Source of the DNA: Lepidodermella squamata
Taxonomy: Eukaryota > Animalia > Gastrotricha
Length of the DNA: 64,000 bases
Assembly (NCBI GenBank): GCA_047495785.1
Contig: JBLDXI010000038.1
Location: 1 to 64,000 of the forward strand
Reading direction: 5' to 3'
The position numbers and the translations under genes were made by a program. Numbering within the stretch: the stretch's first letter is position 1; each line of letters begins with the position of its first letter. The notes under the pieces were generated by a model. It was not told the origin of the DNA, made no database searches, and saw nothing but the letters and a program-made list of their open reading frames with translations. Below, one piece after another: positions 23,912 to 36,900 of this stretch.

Positions 23912-26900
23912 TCACCATTCATTGTAATCAGGCCTTGACTGTTCGGTGTAATCGGCCGGGCTTTGTGGATTGCACGGCCTGAGCCACTGGAAAACAGCGC
24001 CAGGGAATGGCGTCGCGTTTGGCGGCAAGCAAGGCCGCGACGGCCGTCGTTGCACAGCTGGAGATGGGGCTCGATTGTTGTTGCAGTTGCCTTTTTTCGG
24101 ATCGCATGGCCTTTGAAAGCCGTTCGTTGATGGCGGTTTAGCAGGAAGAGCTTTTGAGCAATCGCTTTTCGTTGGATCGCATGGCCGCTGCCACGGGAAC
24201 TTACCAGGCTGCGGCTTGTTCATCGCCGGGGGTTTTGCTGGAGGAGCAGCAGGGGCTGGCTTAGCTGGCGACGGTCCTGCGCAAGGGGACCCGGGCGGCG
24301 AAGATTTATTATCGCAAGGTCTCGAAAAAGGCGGCGATGGAGCTGGCACAGGAGCAGGTGGAGGTGAACACGGGTTTCCAACAGACGTGGGCCCGCATGG
24401 TCTCTGAGCGGGAGGAGGGGGAGGAAGCGGCCGTACTGGGGGCGGTGGTGGTGCAGGCGAGCATGGACTGCCAGCAGGGACTGTTGGGCCGCATGGTCTG
24501 GGTGCCCGATTCGGGGCTACTGGAGGTTTTGGTGCTGAAGGTGGTGGCGGTCGGATGGGTGGTCGAGGGGGAGCCTTATTGTCACACGGCGAATTCGATG
24601 GGCCTGGACCACACGGGCGTGCAGGTGATGGAGCTGGGCGAGCTGGGGCGGGCTTGTTGCATGGGGGAGATCCTGGCTGATCACATGGTCGAGACCAAGA
24701 GCCGGGCGCTTTCGCCGGGGGAGGCACTTTCGCTGGGGAAGGTGCTTTTGCTGGCGAAGGCACTTTTGCAGGGGAAGGGAAGGCTCCGTCCGGAAAATCG
24801 CAAGCCTGGGTTGATGGGGCGTTGACTTGGCCCGGGGAGCACGGTGACTTGGCCGGGACAGGTGCCGGAGCAGGCGGAGGTGGGCGAACTGGTGCAGGCT
24901 TAGTGCACGGAGGGGATCCTGGCTGATTACAGGGCCGAGACCAAGAGCCGGGCGGTTTCGCCGGGGGAGGCACTTTCGCTGGGGAAGGCGCTTTTGCAGG
25001 GGAAGGTGCTTTTGCTGGCGAAGGCGCTTTTGCAGGGGAAGGGAAGGCTCCGTCCGGGAAATCGCAACGCTGGCTTGATGGCGCGTTGGCGGCGTTGGTA
25101 GGAGAGCACGGCGACTTGGCCGGGACAGGTGCCGGAGCAGGCGGAGGAGATCTAGCCGGGCTCGGGCATGGACTTTTCGATGAATCACATGGCCTTGCCC
25201 ATGCCGGGGATGGAACAGGGGCAGGTGCCGAGTTGGGACAGGGGCTTTTGGCTGGGTCACACGGTCTAGACCATTGTGAAGTCGGTGCTGGTGCCTTTGC
25301 TGGCGGTGGTGGCGGTGGCGGTGGTGGTGGACAATTTGGGCATGGCCTTCGCCACTGGAAAGGTGCTTTAATGATTGGTGCGCTCGTTGTTGGCCTCATA
25401 GTGGTGACGGGCGCCCTAGTTGGGGCTGCAGCTTTGGCTTTGTAGCAATCCTCATCTATCCTGCCATCCAAGTCGTTGTCAATACCGTCACCGCACAATT
25501 CTTCATCCGAGGCTCCGTCACAGTCATTGTCCCTCCCATCCCCGATTCTCATCGATGATACCTCGCACGCTCCAAGGCGTTTCAAACACGCCCCACCCGG
25601 ATATCCATACGAATCGCGATCTCCATCTCCGTAAACATAGATCGAGAATAGGGTTCCCTTCACCTCGTGTTTAATTCGGTAAGTTTCGAGAGAGCCGTTG
25701 TTTAAGGAATAATAACCGCCGAGCAGATTCGAATTCGGGACTTTTTGCCATTTTATTCCAGTAATCTTCCTGCCGTTGAGAAGAAACCCATTCTCGCCAC
25801 CCTGCGGTACAATGATAGTGATGTAGTTTTGGTAATCTGAAGACAAGCTCGTCGGCGTCACGAAATTGTAATCGTAGGCAAAATTCGAAGTTGGGACGCA
25901 CAATGTCATCGATGGATCCCCGGGTATTTTCGAATCAATGGTGCTGTGTGAAAACTGAATAGCTTGGAACGGCTTCTCGGACGTGAAATGCATCCACTCG
26001 TTGACAGACGCCGATTCGAAGCGAATGCTTTCAGCAGCATTTAGCAGATATCGCTTTGTCGGAACTTCGCTGGAGTAGACATCAACGGTGGTATCATCCT
26101 GTTGTGCCGTAATCAGCCATGTGTCTACCAGCTCTGCTTGCCGATTGGGCGTTGGCCAAGCTACGCATGTTTTCCCCCAAGTATCCACTGGGAACAACTG
26201 CTCGACGAGGTGATCGCGAGACGCTGATTTGCCGACGTTGGCTCGGGAGTCGCCGCTGAACACTGCAACGTTGCCATCAGCTTCAATCACCGCGCCCGTG
26301 AGATCGCACAAATCCTGAATTTGAGCAACCTCGTACCTGTCCAATGTCACCTCGAACGTATCCCCGCCTGCGTAGGTTTTGTCAAGGTAAGGCAAGGCAC
26401 AGTCTTTGGCGCCAAATTGCTGGTTTTGAATTCCGACATTCAGCGTTGGAGATTTAGGAAGTGTTATTTTAATCGTTGTATCATCATCAACGGGCGTTAT
26501 AGCAAACTCGCAGTTGTAAAACGGCGGCCAGTGGCATGCTGCGATGTATTTCGTACCAAGTACCCGGGTTGGCAGGGCCATGAAAGCATCCGTACTAAAA
26601 TACTCCTGGTTCAGGCCGTAAACAATAAATTGTTGATCTGAGTAGAGACGGATGCCTTTTCGCTCGATATTGACGCCCGTATCAGAGTCTTTAATCTAAA
26701 CAATTATTGACTATAGAAATTAAAGGAAACTAAAAAAATATTTACCCTAAATGTTGGTGAAACTTCCAAGAGTTTCTGCCCAAGAGCTGGTACTTCGACA
26801 CTTTGGGAAAACTTCGTACTCGGATCTGAGACCGCATTGACTTTGAGCACATCTTTCTCGTTCAACTGCCCAATCCAAATTTCGAGCGAAGTATTCTGCG

Positions 26901-27422
26901 GTTTGGTAACTCGGTTTGACATGAAAGCAAGGTAAAATTCCTCGCCCTTGGTCGACGTCGCGCAGTCAATCTCACCCTTCAGATAGAAATTCTGCGTAGG
27001 TTCGGCCGTTGCGGCGAGACTCGCAGGTATGCCGCCACCGCCGGCGGGCGGCCGTCTCGTGGCTACGTAAGGTTTGGCGCATTCTTTCGAGAACAGCTGG
27101 CATTTGTTTTCATCGGTAACGAAGTTGAACCCGCGGCATTGACTTAGCAGTTCGTCGCATCGCTTCGCACAAGATTTCAGCGTACCCGCGGTTCCTGAAT
27201 AGGCTTCGTTCTTCAGGATTCCAATCATAGGATCGCAAATGCCTTTCATAGCCGTGAATCCAGGAACCACTATAAATTGCTTGAAATTAAATTTGATCTC
27301 ATGAAACGGCTTACAAAGCTCTTACATGGCCGATAATCAGTTTCAGGCTCCAATTGGCCGTAGCCTGGTGGTATTACAGCTATGAAGATGCCAAAAAAGA
27401 TTGGCAAAATCCAACTTGCCAT
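23912..27422 (-). CDS. Secreted PAN/Apple + IgGFc-binding N-terminal domain + DNDCDG repeats + Pro/Cys-rich tail protein (~1130 aa, 3 exons)
   Basis: Signal MASWILPIFFGIFIAVIPPGYG. PAN motif CAKRCDELLSQCRGFNF..CQL. IgGFc-binding motifs as in the neighbour. DGRDNDCDGASDEELCGDGIDNDLDGRIDEDC, then a ~490 aa Pro-rich tail. Confidence 0.9.
24664..25147 (-). repeat. Internal tandem duplication (~240 bp x2) containing 18-bp SPAKAP repeats
   Basis: 24664-24880 and 24909-25147 are near-identical blocks encoding PAPAPVPAKSPCSP..CDFPDGAFP(SPAKAP)n..GSWSRPC. Confidence 0.85.
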
Positions 27423-29377
27423 GTTCAATTTTTATCAGGTGACACAGTTTTTTTGAAGTACTGCTTCTCTTTAATTAGTGCTGAAAATGTTGACTCGAAG
27501 AATCGCTGCTATTTTTATGTTTGTCACGGATATTTCTGCGCCCGCAATACACTAGCAAGGTTGAAACAACAACTTAGCGGGGAGCTTTGTTTCCCGCACG
27601 CTCAAGCATCAGCGAACGTCGCGCACTAAAAAAACAGAAGTAGAATGTTAAGTATAAAGAAGTGCACACAATATTTATCGCTGCAATTTTTTTATTTACT
27701 TTTATTTATAGCCTGCGGTACATTTGCATAGCGGTTAATTTTAAGCGTAAACAGCACATGTCTTGAAACTGGTGATTTAGCTGGTCAACTGCCACTTCCG
27801 TACAACGCGAAATCTTACTATTTTTAGTTACAAATTTGGTTGATGTGAAGCTCAGCGGGGCGCTCAAGGAAGTGCATTGACCGACACAAAATATGACCTG
27901 AAATGACCGTAAAAATGCTGACAATCGGGACATCCCTCGAACGGATTTTCACCGCAGGAAATCACATCTTCAATCTTCAACTTCCTGTCCTATTTTTCAC
28001 GTGGCGATTTCAGTTGACATATCCGAAAAAATTATTTTGTTTCATGTCTTCGTTATTCGCATGGTTGTATCCCGTTATATATTACAAGTTGTTAGATTTG
28101 ATTAGCAACCGAAGATTTGTTTACACAAAGCCAGATACATGCCTTTAAATAGAGCGCCGCCAAAAGAAGCTCACGCGCAAAATGAGAGGCGGAAAATATA
28201 TGAACCGGATCGCTTTCGCGCAGTCGAGCGCGCGAAAATCATTATGTTGTCATTAGGCGTAATACTTCCGCCGTATAAATATAACTATCATTTAATTTTC
28301 ACTTGAAGCATTTCGCCGCAGCATCGGCTCCTACTTTGGTGATGTTATTATTTGTTGCTATTATTGATTACAAAATCGCAGCAGCGAAAAATGGTGCGCG
28401 ACACTGCGGTTGAGGATGCGCTGTCTGAGGAGTTACTTACATGCTATACGCGCCCAAACAACCACTGGTATTAAGTATGCGCCACAGTTTCTCCCGAAAA
28501 TCGCGACAATTTAGTGCCAAGCCGGCCGAAATGGGTAAGCATTCGGCGAGCAGGATAATTCATGTAATGTGTGGCGAATATCTCTACTATTGACAATAAA
28601 CAGAACGAGCGGCGGCGGAACGCGCGCGGCGACACATGAGCGAAGTGCGCGCGCCTAATTTCGTAAAAACAGACCATCATTGCTAGTTTTTGTCACATAT
28701 AACGATGCGAAAATGCGTAGATTTTTTATACCAACGTTATTTTTATCTATCGTCTTCATTATAATATTGTGCATCGGCTTTATTTTTCTGTCGTTATGCT
28801 GCGGTCATTTACGCAACCAGATATAATGCATCGGGACCGTGACGAGACGCGCTTGAATAGAAATTTATCAGTTTTACGCAATTTTTTTTACTACGCGCCG
28901 CTTCCTCAGAACAACGATTTTTTTGGGGCAAAAACTATATAAACCAGGCGTTACGCCTTCGAAAGCCTCCTGACCAAATCGTTGCCCTAATTTCATATCC
29001 GTTGTTGTTAAGTACACCAGGAACATTATGTCTGAAAGCGATATTCGCCATGTTTTTAGAACATTGTTTTGGGTTACTTTTGCGTTATGTCTATTACGGA
29101 AATGTTATAATCGCTCATCAAACGAGCTCTTGATTTCTCGTATTCACTGCTGTTATTTACAATGTTTATAATATCGTATTTATTTATCGTATTTTTCTAG
29201 CCAAATCATACCACGTGCTCAAGGTGAATTGCTTTTGATTACCGGCTGCATATTCTTTGTATATAACCAGGATGTTATTATTATTTTCTAACGAGCATTG
29301 TTTTTTGACAGCGTTAGATATCTGTTCTTATTGATGGGTTGAATAATCGAAAATTTTCAGTTTTACATAAAACAATA

Positions 29378-32006
29378 ATGGTGCTCGCTATGGCCTTGTT
29401 TCTGGTGCTATTTTTAGCACACTCTGTAACCGGACTCCTCCACTCCGGTAAAAATTCGACTAAGACACTTACAATCAATTAACTTTACCTTCTGTCAGGT
29501 CTCGGCAGCCGGGATGAAGCTAATCTTGTGCGAAAGCTGTTTAATGGTTCGTGCTTATTTTGTCACATTTTCTTTTTCATTAGCGCGCCTATTTATCGCA
29601 GGTACCATTCCTTACAACCCGCTCATTAGGCCAGCAGTAAATATCACCGATGTCATCAAGGTCAAGCTCAGCCTTTCGTTCATCCAGCTCATAAGCATTG
29701 TAAGCTAGCATTTTCGTCGAAGCTCGCTATTCAAAATGTTGACAATCTTTAGGATGAACGAAATCAAGTGATGAAATCTAACATATGGCTGAGTATCGTG
29801 AGTCCTTTTTCACTATTTGTTCGATGAATGATAAATTTTCGGAATGCAGCAATGGCGTGATTTCCAATTGACTTGGAACAAAACAGGTAGAACTGCGGTC
29901 ATTCAAACTGGTGAATTCCTGAATTTCTCAATTTCCATACAGAGCACGGTGGTATCGAAATCATACGGATGATTCCTGAGATGGTTTGGCAGCCTGATAT
30001 TGTGTTGTTCAATAAGTTAGTTTTTTCGAGAAAATTTCACGAAAATTCGCAATTTTCATGTTTTAGTGCTGATGGGAAGTATGAGGTGTCCTACAAATCA
30101 CGCGTTCTTATAACTCACGACGGCCTCGTTCAGTACATTCCACCAGCTATCTACCGCTCTTCTTGTCGAATCGATGTAAAATATTTGTAAGTTGAAATTT
30201 CCGAAAATTGCGACTGAATTACTAAGTTTTATTTTTCTTATAGTCCCTTCGACCAACAAAGGTACAGTATTAAGAGCGAATTTCGTAGCATATTGATTTT
30301 TTTTTTTATTGCAATCGAAGTTGCGAGCTCAAGTTCGGTTCATGGACTTTCAATGCTGACCAAGTCGACCTGGATTTCGCGAATGATTTTCGAGTAATTA
30401 CTTTTCCGTTGAAAATCAAGTATTATATTATTCGATATTTCTCAGTATGTGGATCTATCCGATTACGTAATAAGCGGCACGTGGGATGTCATCGATTGCC
30501 CAGGCGTGATTCGACGATTTCGAGGCTCACATTCTACGCCTAATCGAACCCGAATCGACTTCAAAATTGTGCTACGACGCAAAACGCTGTTCTACACTGT
30601 CAACTTAATCATCCCATGTGTTCTAATATCATTGCTTAGGTTTGAACCTTGAATTCGCTGGATAATTTTGATTATTTAAGACTTTTGTTGTAGCATTTGC
30701 GTGTTTTACCTGCCCGCAGACGAAGGGGAGAAAATGACGCTATCGATATCCATTCTGCTGGCGTTGGTTGTGTTTCTGTTGCTGTTACAAAAAATTCTCC
30801 CGCCAACGTCGACCTCAATTCCTTTGATCGCTAGCTATTTGCTGTTCACGATGATCCTCAACGTTTTCTCCATTCTCATCACTGTCGTTATAATAAACTG
30901 CTCTTTCCGCACGCCGCGCACCCACACAATGCCACAGTGGGTGTATACCTTTTTCATCGAACGCCTTTCAAGGGTACTGCTGATGTCCCGCCCGCCAAAA
31001 GACTACGAACCAGACCTGCCTAAATCTGAATCAGCGGCTGCGGCAGCGGCGGCTTTTTCAACACTTGAAGGTAGTAGAACTCAACTTGCTCATTGATTTT
31101 TTGACCTATCCTTCTTTAGGTAATCTCGACTGCGTGATTGGCGCGACAGGTTACAGAGGAACGTTTATTGCCAATCGCGAGGCCTGTCGCGAGGACTACG
31201 TCGACATGGCCACGAACAACGCTTACGGCTATACCGAGACGCGTCCACCGCGGCCAACCTCCTATCCAGACGATTTCAACGTCGACGATGACGATGACGA
31301 AGAGGACGACAATTACTACAAGTGTCGAGATAGCCGGAGAAAACAGCCGAAAAAAGTTACGTACCAAAACGTGGTAGCAACCATGGTCGACCCATCGCTT
31401 CACCCAACGCCGATACCTAGCGCTAAATACTCACCAGGCCGATTGAGTAACTCGTCGAGAGTAGACGCTTTCCGCAGTAGTTATGAGCCACCGCGACGAA
31501 ACCAACAGCGATACGCTTCTCAGGCATCGTTGACCGCGGAACAGGGTGGCTACAGGTTTCGGTCTGAAATGAATCACGGAGGTCGACGCAAGCAGGAGAG
31601 TCGGGAGGAAAAGATATGGGTCTCGTTTGAAGATCAGCTCGAGCAGTTGCTGTCTACTGGTGGAGGGCGCGAGGTCGCCGTAACTCAGGAGCTTTACAAA
31701 TCTGTAAAGGCAATTCGTTACATAGCCCGACATATTCGCCAGTCAGATGCCCACGACGCTGTCCTAAAGGATTGGAAATACATCGGCTTAGTTATGGATC
31801 GTCTATTGCTCATAATTTTCTTGATTGTCACAATTGGTGGCACAATAGGTAATGCTTCGAAAATTCATTTTGGAATCAGGATTGATTAACATTTTAATTT
31901 CTCAGGAATTTTCATGGAGTCGCCTCACATATTTGATTATGTCGAACAGCAGGAGGTTATCGAGCGCTTGACGAAGGCCAAAGACGCGGCTCAACAGCGG
32001 CGCTAA
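29378..32006 (+). CDS. Nicotinic acetylcholine receptor subunit, non-alpha (invertebrate beta1-like), about 13 exons
   Basis: Signal peptide, VWQPDIVLFN, Cys-loop [39 protein letters not shown], TM2 GEKMTLSISILLAL and DWKYIGLVMDRLLL. There is no vicinal CC in loop C. Confidence 0.92.
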
Positions 32007-32085
32007 AACTTGAGAAAATTTGAGACTTTCACATTTACTCTGATCTCCTCAGTAAAATTTGTTTTCTTTCATAAAAGTTTCGTTT

Positions 32086-33127
32086 TTATTTTGAAGCCGT
32101 TATGCGTTTTATCCAAGCCAGAATTTTTTCATTGATCCTAGCTCCAGCTTCAAGAACGGATTCGCCTAGTTCGCATTTACCTTTTCCCCAACTTGTGACA
32201 GCTACGAGGGTCCATTTCGGTCCAAACTTCTCGCCGAAAGATGTGTCAGCCACCGCCCACGGACCGCCTGAATCGCCGATGCAAGTGCCGCTTTTCACGC
32301 AGACATTCAAATTGCTGTCAAATCCGCCTTCCAACTTCTTGCAGACATGGCTGGGCAGCAACGGCTGTACAATTTTCTGCAGGGTTTTAGCACTAGTTCT
32401 TTTGCCATTGGCGTCAATGACACCCCAGCCTGTCATCACGACTGGGTCGCCCGCGTAGTCAACGGTGGGATCTGGAGGCAGGCAAATCGGACTTATGACC
32501 TTGTTGTAGCGCGTTAATGGAGCTGAATCAAAGTAATCAACGATTAATTGATCAGGCTTTGGAATAAAAATTACGCTTGATTTTGACCAAGACGTAGTCG
32601 TAGTGAAGGGAATCGTCGTCGTACTTTTCATGCCGATAAATTGTGATGTCTTTCTTTTTCATGTTGCGTCTTTCTGCTTGGTCGCTTACTGGTTTCGGCT
32701 TTGTTTCGCCCATTATTAGTCGAACTGCCGTTACTCTACTTCCGATTCCGCCGATACAATGGCCAGCTGATAGGATCCAGCTGCGATCAATGAGAATTGC
32801 TCCGCAAGCCATTGCTAGGGGGGTGTTCTCCTTGTCGATATATTCGAAGGTGGCGTAAACTTGATAAGGGAACTCGCCTGGTGCAGAGTTTTTGCCCGAA
32901 ATGATTCTTGAGCTGGATCGAAATTTGGCTTCGTTATCGTCTTCCTCGGGTGTATCGTTTGTAGAATTCCACAGATGATTCTTGATGTAGTCCTTCACAG
33001 TCGCCCCATGTCCACATAATTTAGGATTGAAAGCATCTATCAACTTCGGCTGGCGAGGTTTGCCAGCGGTAGCTCGATGGAGGAAGATTACATAAAATAA
33101 CGCTGTGGTAATGGCCAATAAATTCAT
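32086..33127 (-). CDS. Secreted S1 (chymotrypsin-fold) serine protease, 2 exons
   Basis: Signal peptide, R-IISG activation site, LSAGHC, YDYVL and GDSGGP. Intron ~32523-32573 resolves the apparent frameshift. Gly rather than Asp at the S1 pocket position suggests non-trypsin specificity. Confidence 0.92.
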
Positions 33128-33971
33128 CACACGAAATGGAGGTAATTTTTCTTGCCAGTTTTAGAATTCTGCATTTGCAATGGGAAAAATATGAGAAAGG
33201 TGTCTAAGCATATTTCCATCTAATAATTTATTCCCAACGCATAGTTTACGGAACTTAATATGTGAGTTCTATTTTACCTAAGTCGGTGATGTTGGACGGA
33301 GATTTAACATTTCTGAATACCAAGCTGGAATAAATTCTGTCTCTTTTTCTACCCCAAAATATAGTAGAATTTGCGTAATATAAAGCTGCAAAATGAAAGC
33401 TGGATCGAGACATGATAGGAGATAGAAATGGCCCGATTCGAAGGTCGAAACATAGCCGTACCTCTTTGCTAGGAACCGGCCGATCCATCTCGATGAAAAA
33501 TCTTCATTGAACTTCTTTCAAACTTCTTTCAAACAAGAACAGTCATCGGTATTCTCCTTCTCAAGTGTGGAAATACTGCGTTAACATCAAGTCGTGTGAA
33601 TCTAACTTGCAATTTTATTCTCTTTGTCAATAACCTCGATGTGATAGACAGTTATTAACGCCAGTGCGCTGAGCTGGCGATCTATTAAGAATGCAACAAG
33701 AACGCAACCAGTTTCCAGATTATATAAGACTAAACCCATTCTCAGAAGCGCGAGAAGGAAGTAAAAAATTCGGATCGGTGAGTTCAATTTTATTTAAAAT
33801 ATGTTTTCAGCGTTCATGCATCGCAGCTATTAACGCACGATGAGCATGGTTCGCCGATAACCGGTAATAGCATTATTTTGTCGATGAATATCAAGAAGTA
33901 ATAACATGGTATTGCCGGGGTAAGTAGGCAACATGCTAGCATGAGCACCAATGATTGGCTGTAGAATCACT

Positions 33972-36900
33972 CTAGGCAATATAAAGATAGATATTCATGT
34001 CTTTTTCGTCACGCTTGATGTAGTTGTTCGCCATCAACCACTCGAGTTGTTCCTTGATCAAGCGCTTAGTAGCGACGAACGAATGGCGCAGCACGTCGAC
34101 GATTTCGGCCTCGAGAAGGTTGTGGGCAAGGCGCCGGCGTTCCTTCATCAGTCGCATGATCGCTTCTTGAACGCGCCATACACGCAGCTGGACAATGCCG
34201 TCGGCTTCATCCTCGACCGGGGCTCGCGTAACCTCGGATCCGAGCGGCAACCGGCCGATCAAAGACACACGCCCGCGCTTCTGCAATTTGTTTTGCTTCA
34301 AAATTCCGAAATCTTGATTTATCCAAAATCTGTAAATTTACATTTTATACAAAATGGCTCAAAGCGATTCTTCGATTTACTTGGTCGAATCTGTGAAATC
34401 GGAGGGTGACTTGACCTCGGGCATATCGCACAGCAAGATTTGCACTTTGACGCGGCTATTTGAAACAAGGGAGCACAGAACACGGCCGAGTTCGGGGCCG
34501 TTTTCCATACCAGTTGCAACTCGCAAATCGTCATACGTCAACTTGCTTGTCGGCTTATCGTTGAAAGCGAACAGCGCAACAGCCTGAGGCGTCGTTACTT
34601 CCAAGTCAAAACGGCCGCCATTCGTCGTCGCAAATTGAACAATGCTCGACGAAAGGTGATGATTCCAAACTAACCGGCGGCCCTAGAAAGGAATCATAAA
34701 CAATCCACCTTAAAAATATTTGACCGTTAACAAGGGAAAAGTGGTGTTCGGCGATATGTTGGACATCGTGAGATTTCGATGCCACTTTGAAGCTCAACGA
34801 AGCAGGAGTCGAACGATATCAAAAAGAGGTCGATAGTCATCGGGGTTGCTGAGAAAACGGGCTTCAAAGTTTACGGGTGAAAATTGCTAATTTCGAAATA
34901 TGTTTTTTTATTCATCAATTTAAACCCCCATGAAATAAATTCTCATGTTACTTTCGGCATTTCGTGGGGTAGTCTGGGGTTAGGAATCTAGCAAGATATT
35001 CAAAATTTTGACGGAATCATGCCTGTGCTTCCTAAATCGATAAGCCTTTAGGGCAACACTTAAGGGGTTTTATTTAAGGAGGATGGGCGCCTCCTCGAGG
35101 TCTGAAATTTGAAAATTCAAAATCCTAAAGAACAACTGTGTATGAGCATTTTGGAATCGTCCCTCTTTAAGTCAACACACATTTTGAGATTTTCTGGAAA
35201 ATACGGAGAATTCGCCAAACCCCACTTTTCACTTGTTAACGGTCATGTTTTTTTCTCACTTGGTGACGAGTGGCGTAGAAACGTTCGATCGCTGGCATGT
35301 AAAGTTCTTCGATTTCGGCAGGTAACGCAAGAGGTGCGCGGTCGTTAGCGACTCGTTGCCAGGCTGATTGCTTGAGGATTTTTATCGTGACAACGTCACG
35401 CAGGGATGGGCAGTTCGGGTAATTATTAGCTGCATAGTCTGAGAAGGACTCTTTCAGCGTACGAGATAAGGCAATATCCTGGAACATGATCTGAATCTGA
35501 TTCAGCGCTTCTGGCGGCATGCCAAATTCGCGCAGCATTGTGTTAAGATTCTCCTCCTTCTCGTCATCCGCCGACAACTCGAGTAGCAAGCGGCGGGTAA
35601 GGTGGGCTTTGTGAAATCGCATAAATACATCCTTGTTATCGACGAAACGCAAGACTGTCATCACGTCTCGTAGACGCTTGTCTACTTCGGAGGATTGCAG
35701 CGTTCGAGCCATCGCAGTTCGACGTAGTAACATATCGCAGTAGTTAGCTAACAGCTCCGGGCAGCGTGACTCGGGGGCGAGTTTCGGGCCTCTGACTTTG
35801 GTCGGAAGCTCGATTCGAAAAACAGACGTGTCATTCACCAGACGATTAAAACTTTTATCGCAGCAAGTTTGAAACCGTTTGTCATTTTGAAAGGCATCGG
35901 TAACTTGAAATTCAAGATATCAAACACCGCACGCTTTCAGCAGAAAAAAACTTACCCAAAGATGTGTACGAATTGAAAAGGGCAAGTAGTTTTTCCACAA
36001 ACTTTTCACAATCCTAGCAGGAAATAAAACAAATATTTACGAAATAAATTGGATATCGTCACGTACTGATTGAATTGTTTCTGCGTGTTGTTTCATCTCG
36101 TCAAGGCCAGTTTCGAAAATATGACGATCCAGCTCGCGTAGAAGCGGATCGCAACCTTCAGCAACTCGCGATCCCAAACGGAACAATAGATTGAGTTCTA
36201 ACAGGATTAATATTATCAAATTTCAGATAATTATGGCAATGAAAACTTACTTTCGATATCTCTCTGATCCATAGCAGTACGGATTTCGGCGTGTAAGGCC
36301 TCGAGAACTTCGACAATCAAAACTTTATCCAATCGAGCCTTCAGTAATCCCATAGATTCTAAGTAAAAAATGTCCCCGTGAATAATGAATTTTGGTTAGA
36401 TGAAAATCGACATTACCTGGGTCAAGATAACGACCTGCCATTGACTCCTCGGAGTCGATCGCATTCATGGCCCATTTCATGTATGCGTGAGTTCCGTTGT
36501 CATGCTACACGATCAAGGTAATGACGCTTCAATTAACACAAGAACTTGGGCTTACCATGTAAGCAGCGGCCAAAAGCTGATAATGTCGCTCAACCGCATC
36601 GATATATCTTGTTTCGTACCTGTTTTACGATTTAACATTATATCATAGTGCTTCGGATATGAAGCTAACCCCTTGTAGATATCACTTTGGGATCTCTTGT
36701 CGTCGAGCATTATGTACGATTCCTAACAAAAATTAAAGCTGGTAACATCAAGTTAGCTGAGGATCGTGAATCTAACCTTTAGAGCCACGACGAGAGGCGA
36801 CTCTGAATTGACAGTTCCACATCGCTCGTCTTCGACAATTTTCATGGCTGTGTCCAGCAGATTTCCTTGAACCAGCAAAAATAGCTCATGTAACCAAGCC

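Noticed and set aside
24216-25674. Overlapping ORFs on other frames or strand in the Pro-rich region
   Set aside because: Shadow ORFs caused by GC-rich repetitive coding sequence.
31065-31119. Frameshift or split ORF in the nAChR cytoplasmic loop
   Set aside because: Intron 31071-31119 joins the frames.
32523-32631. Frameshift in the serine protease
   Set aside because: Explained by a ~51-bp GT-AG intron that restores the frame.
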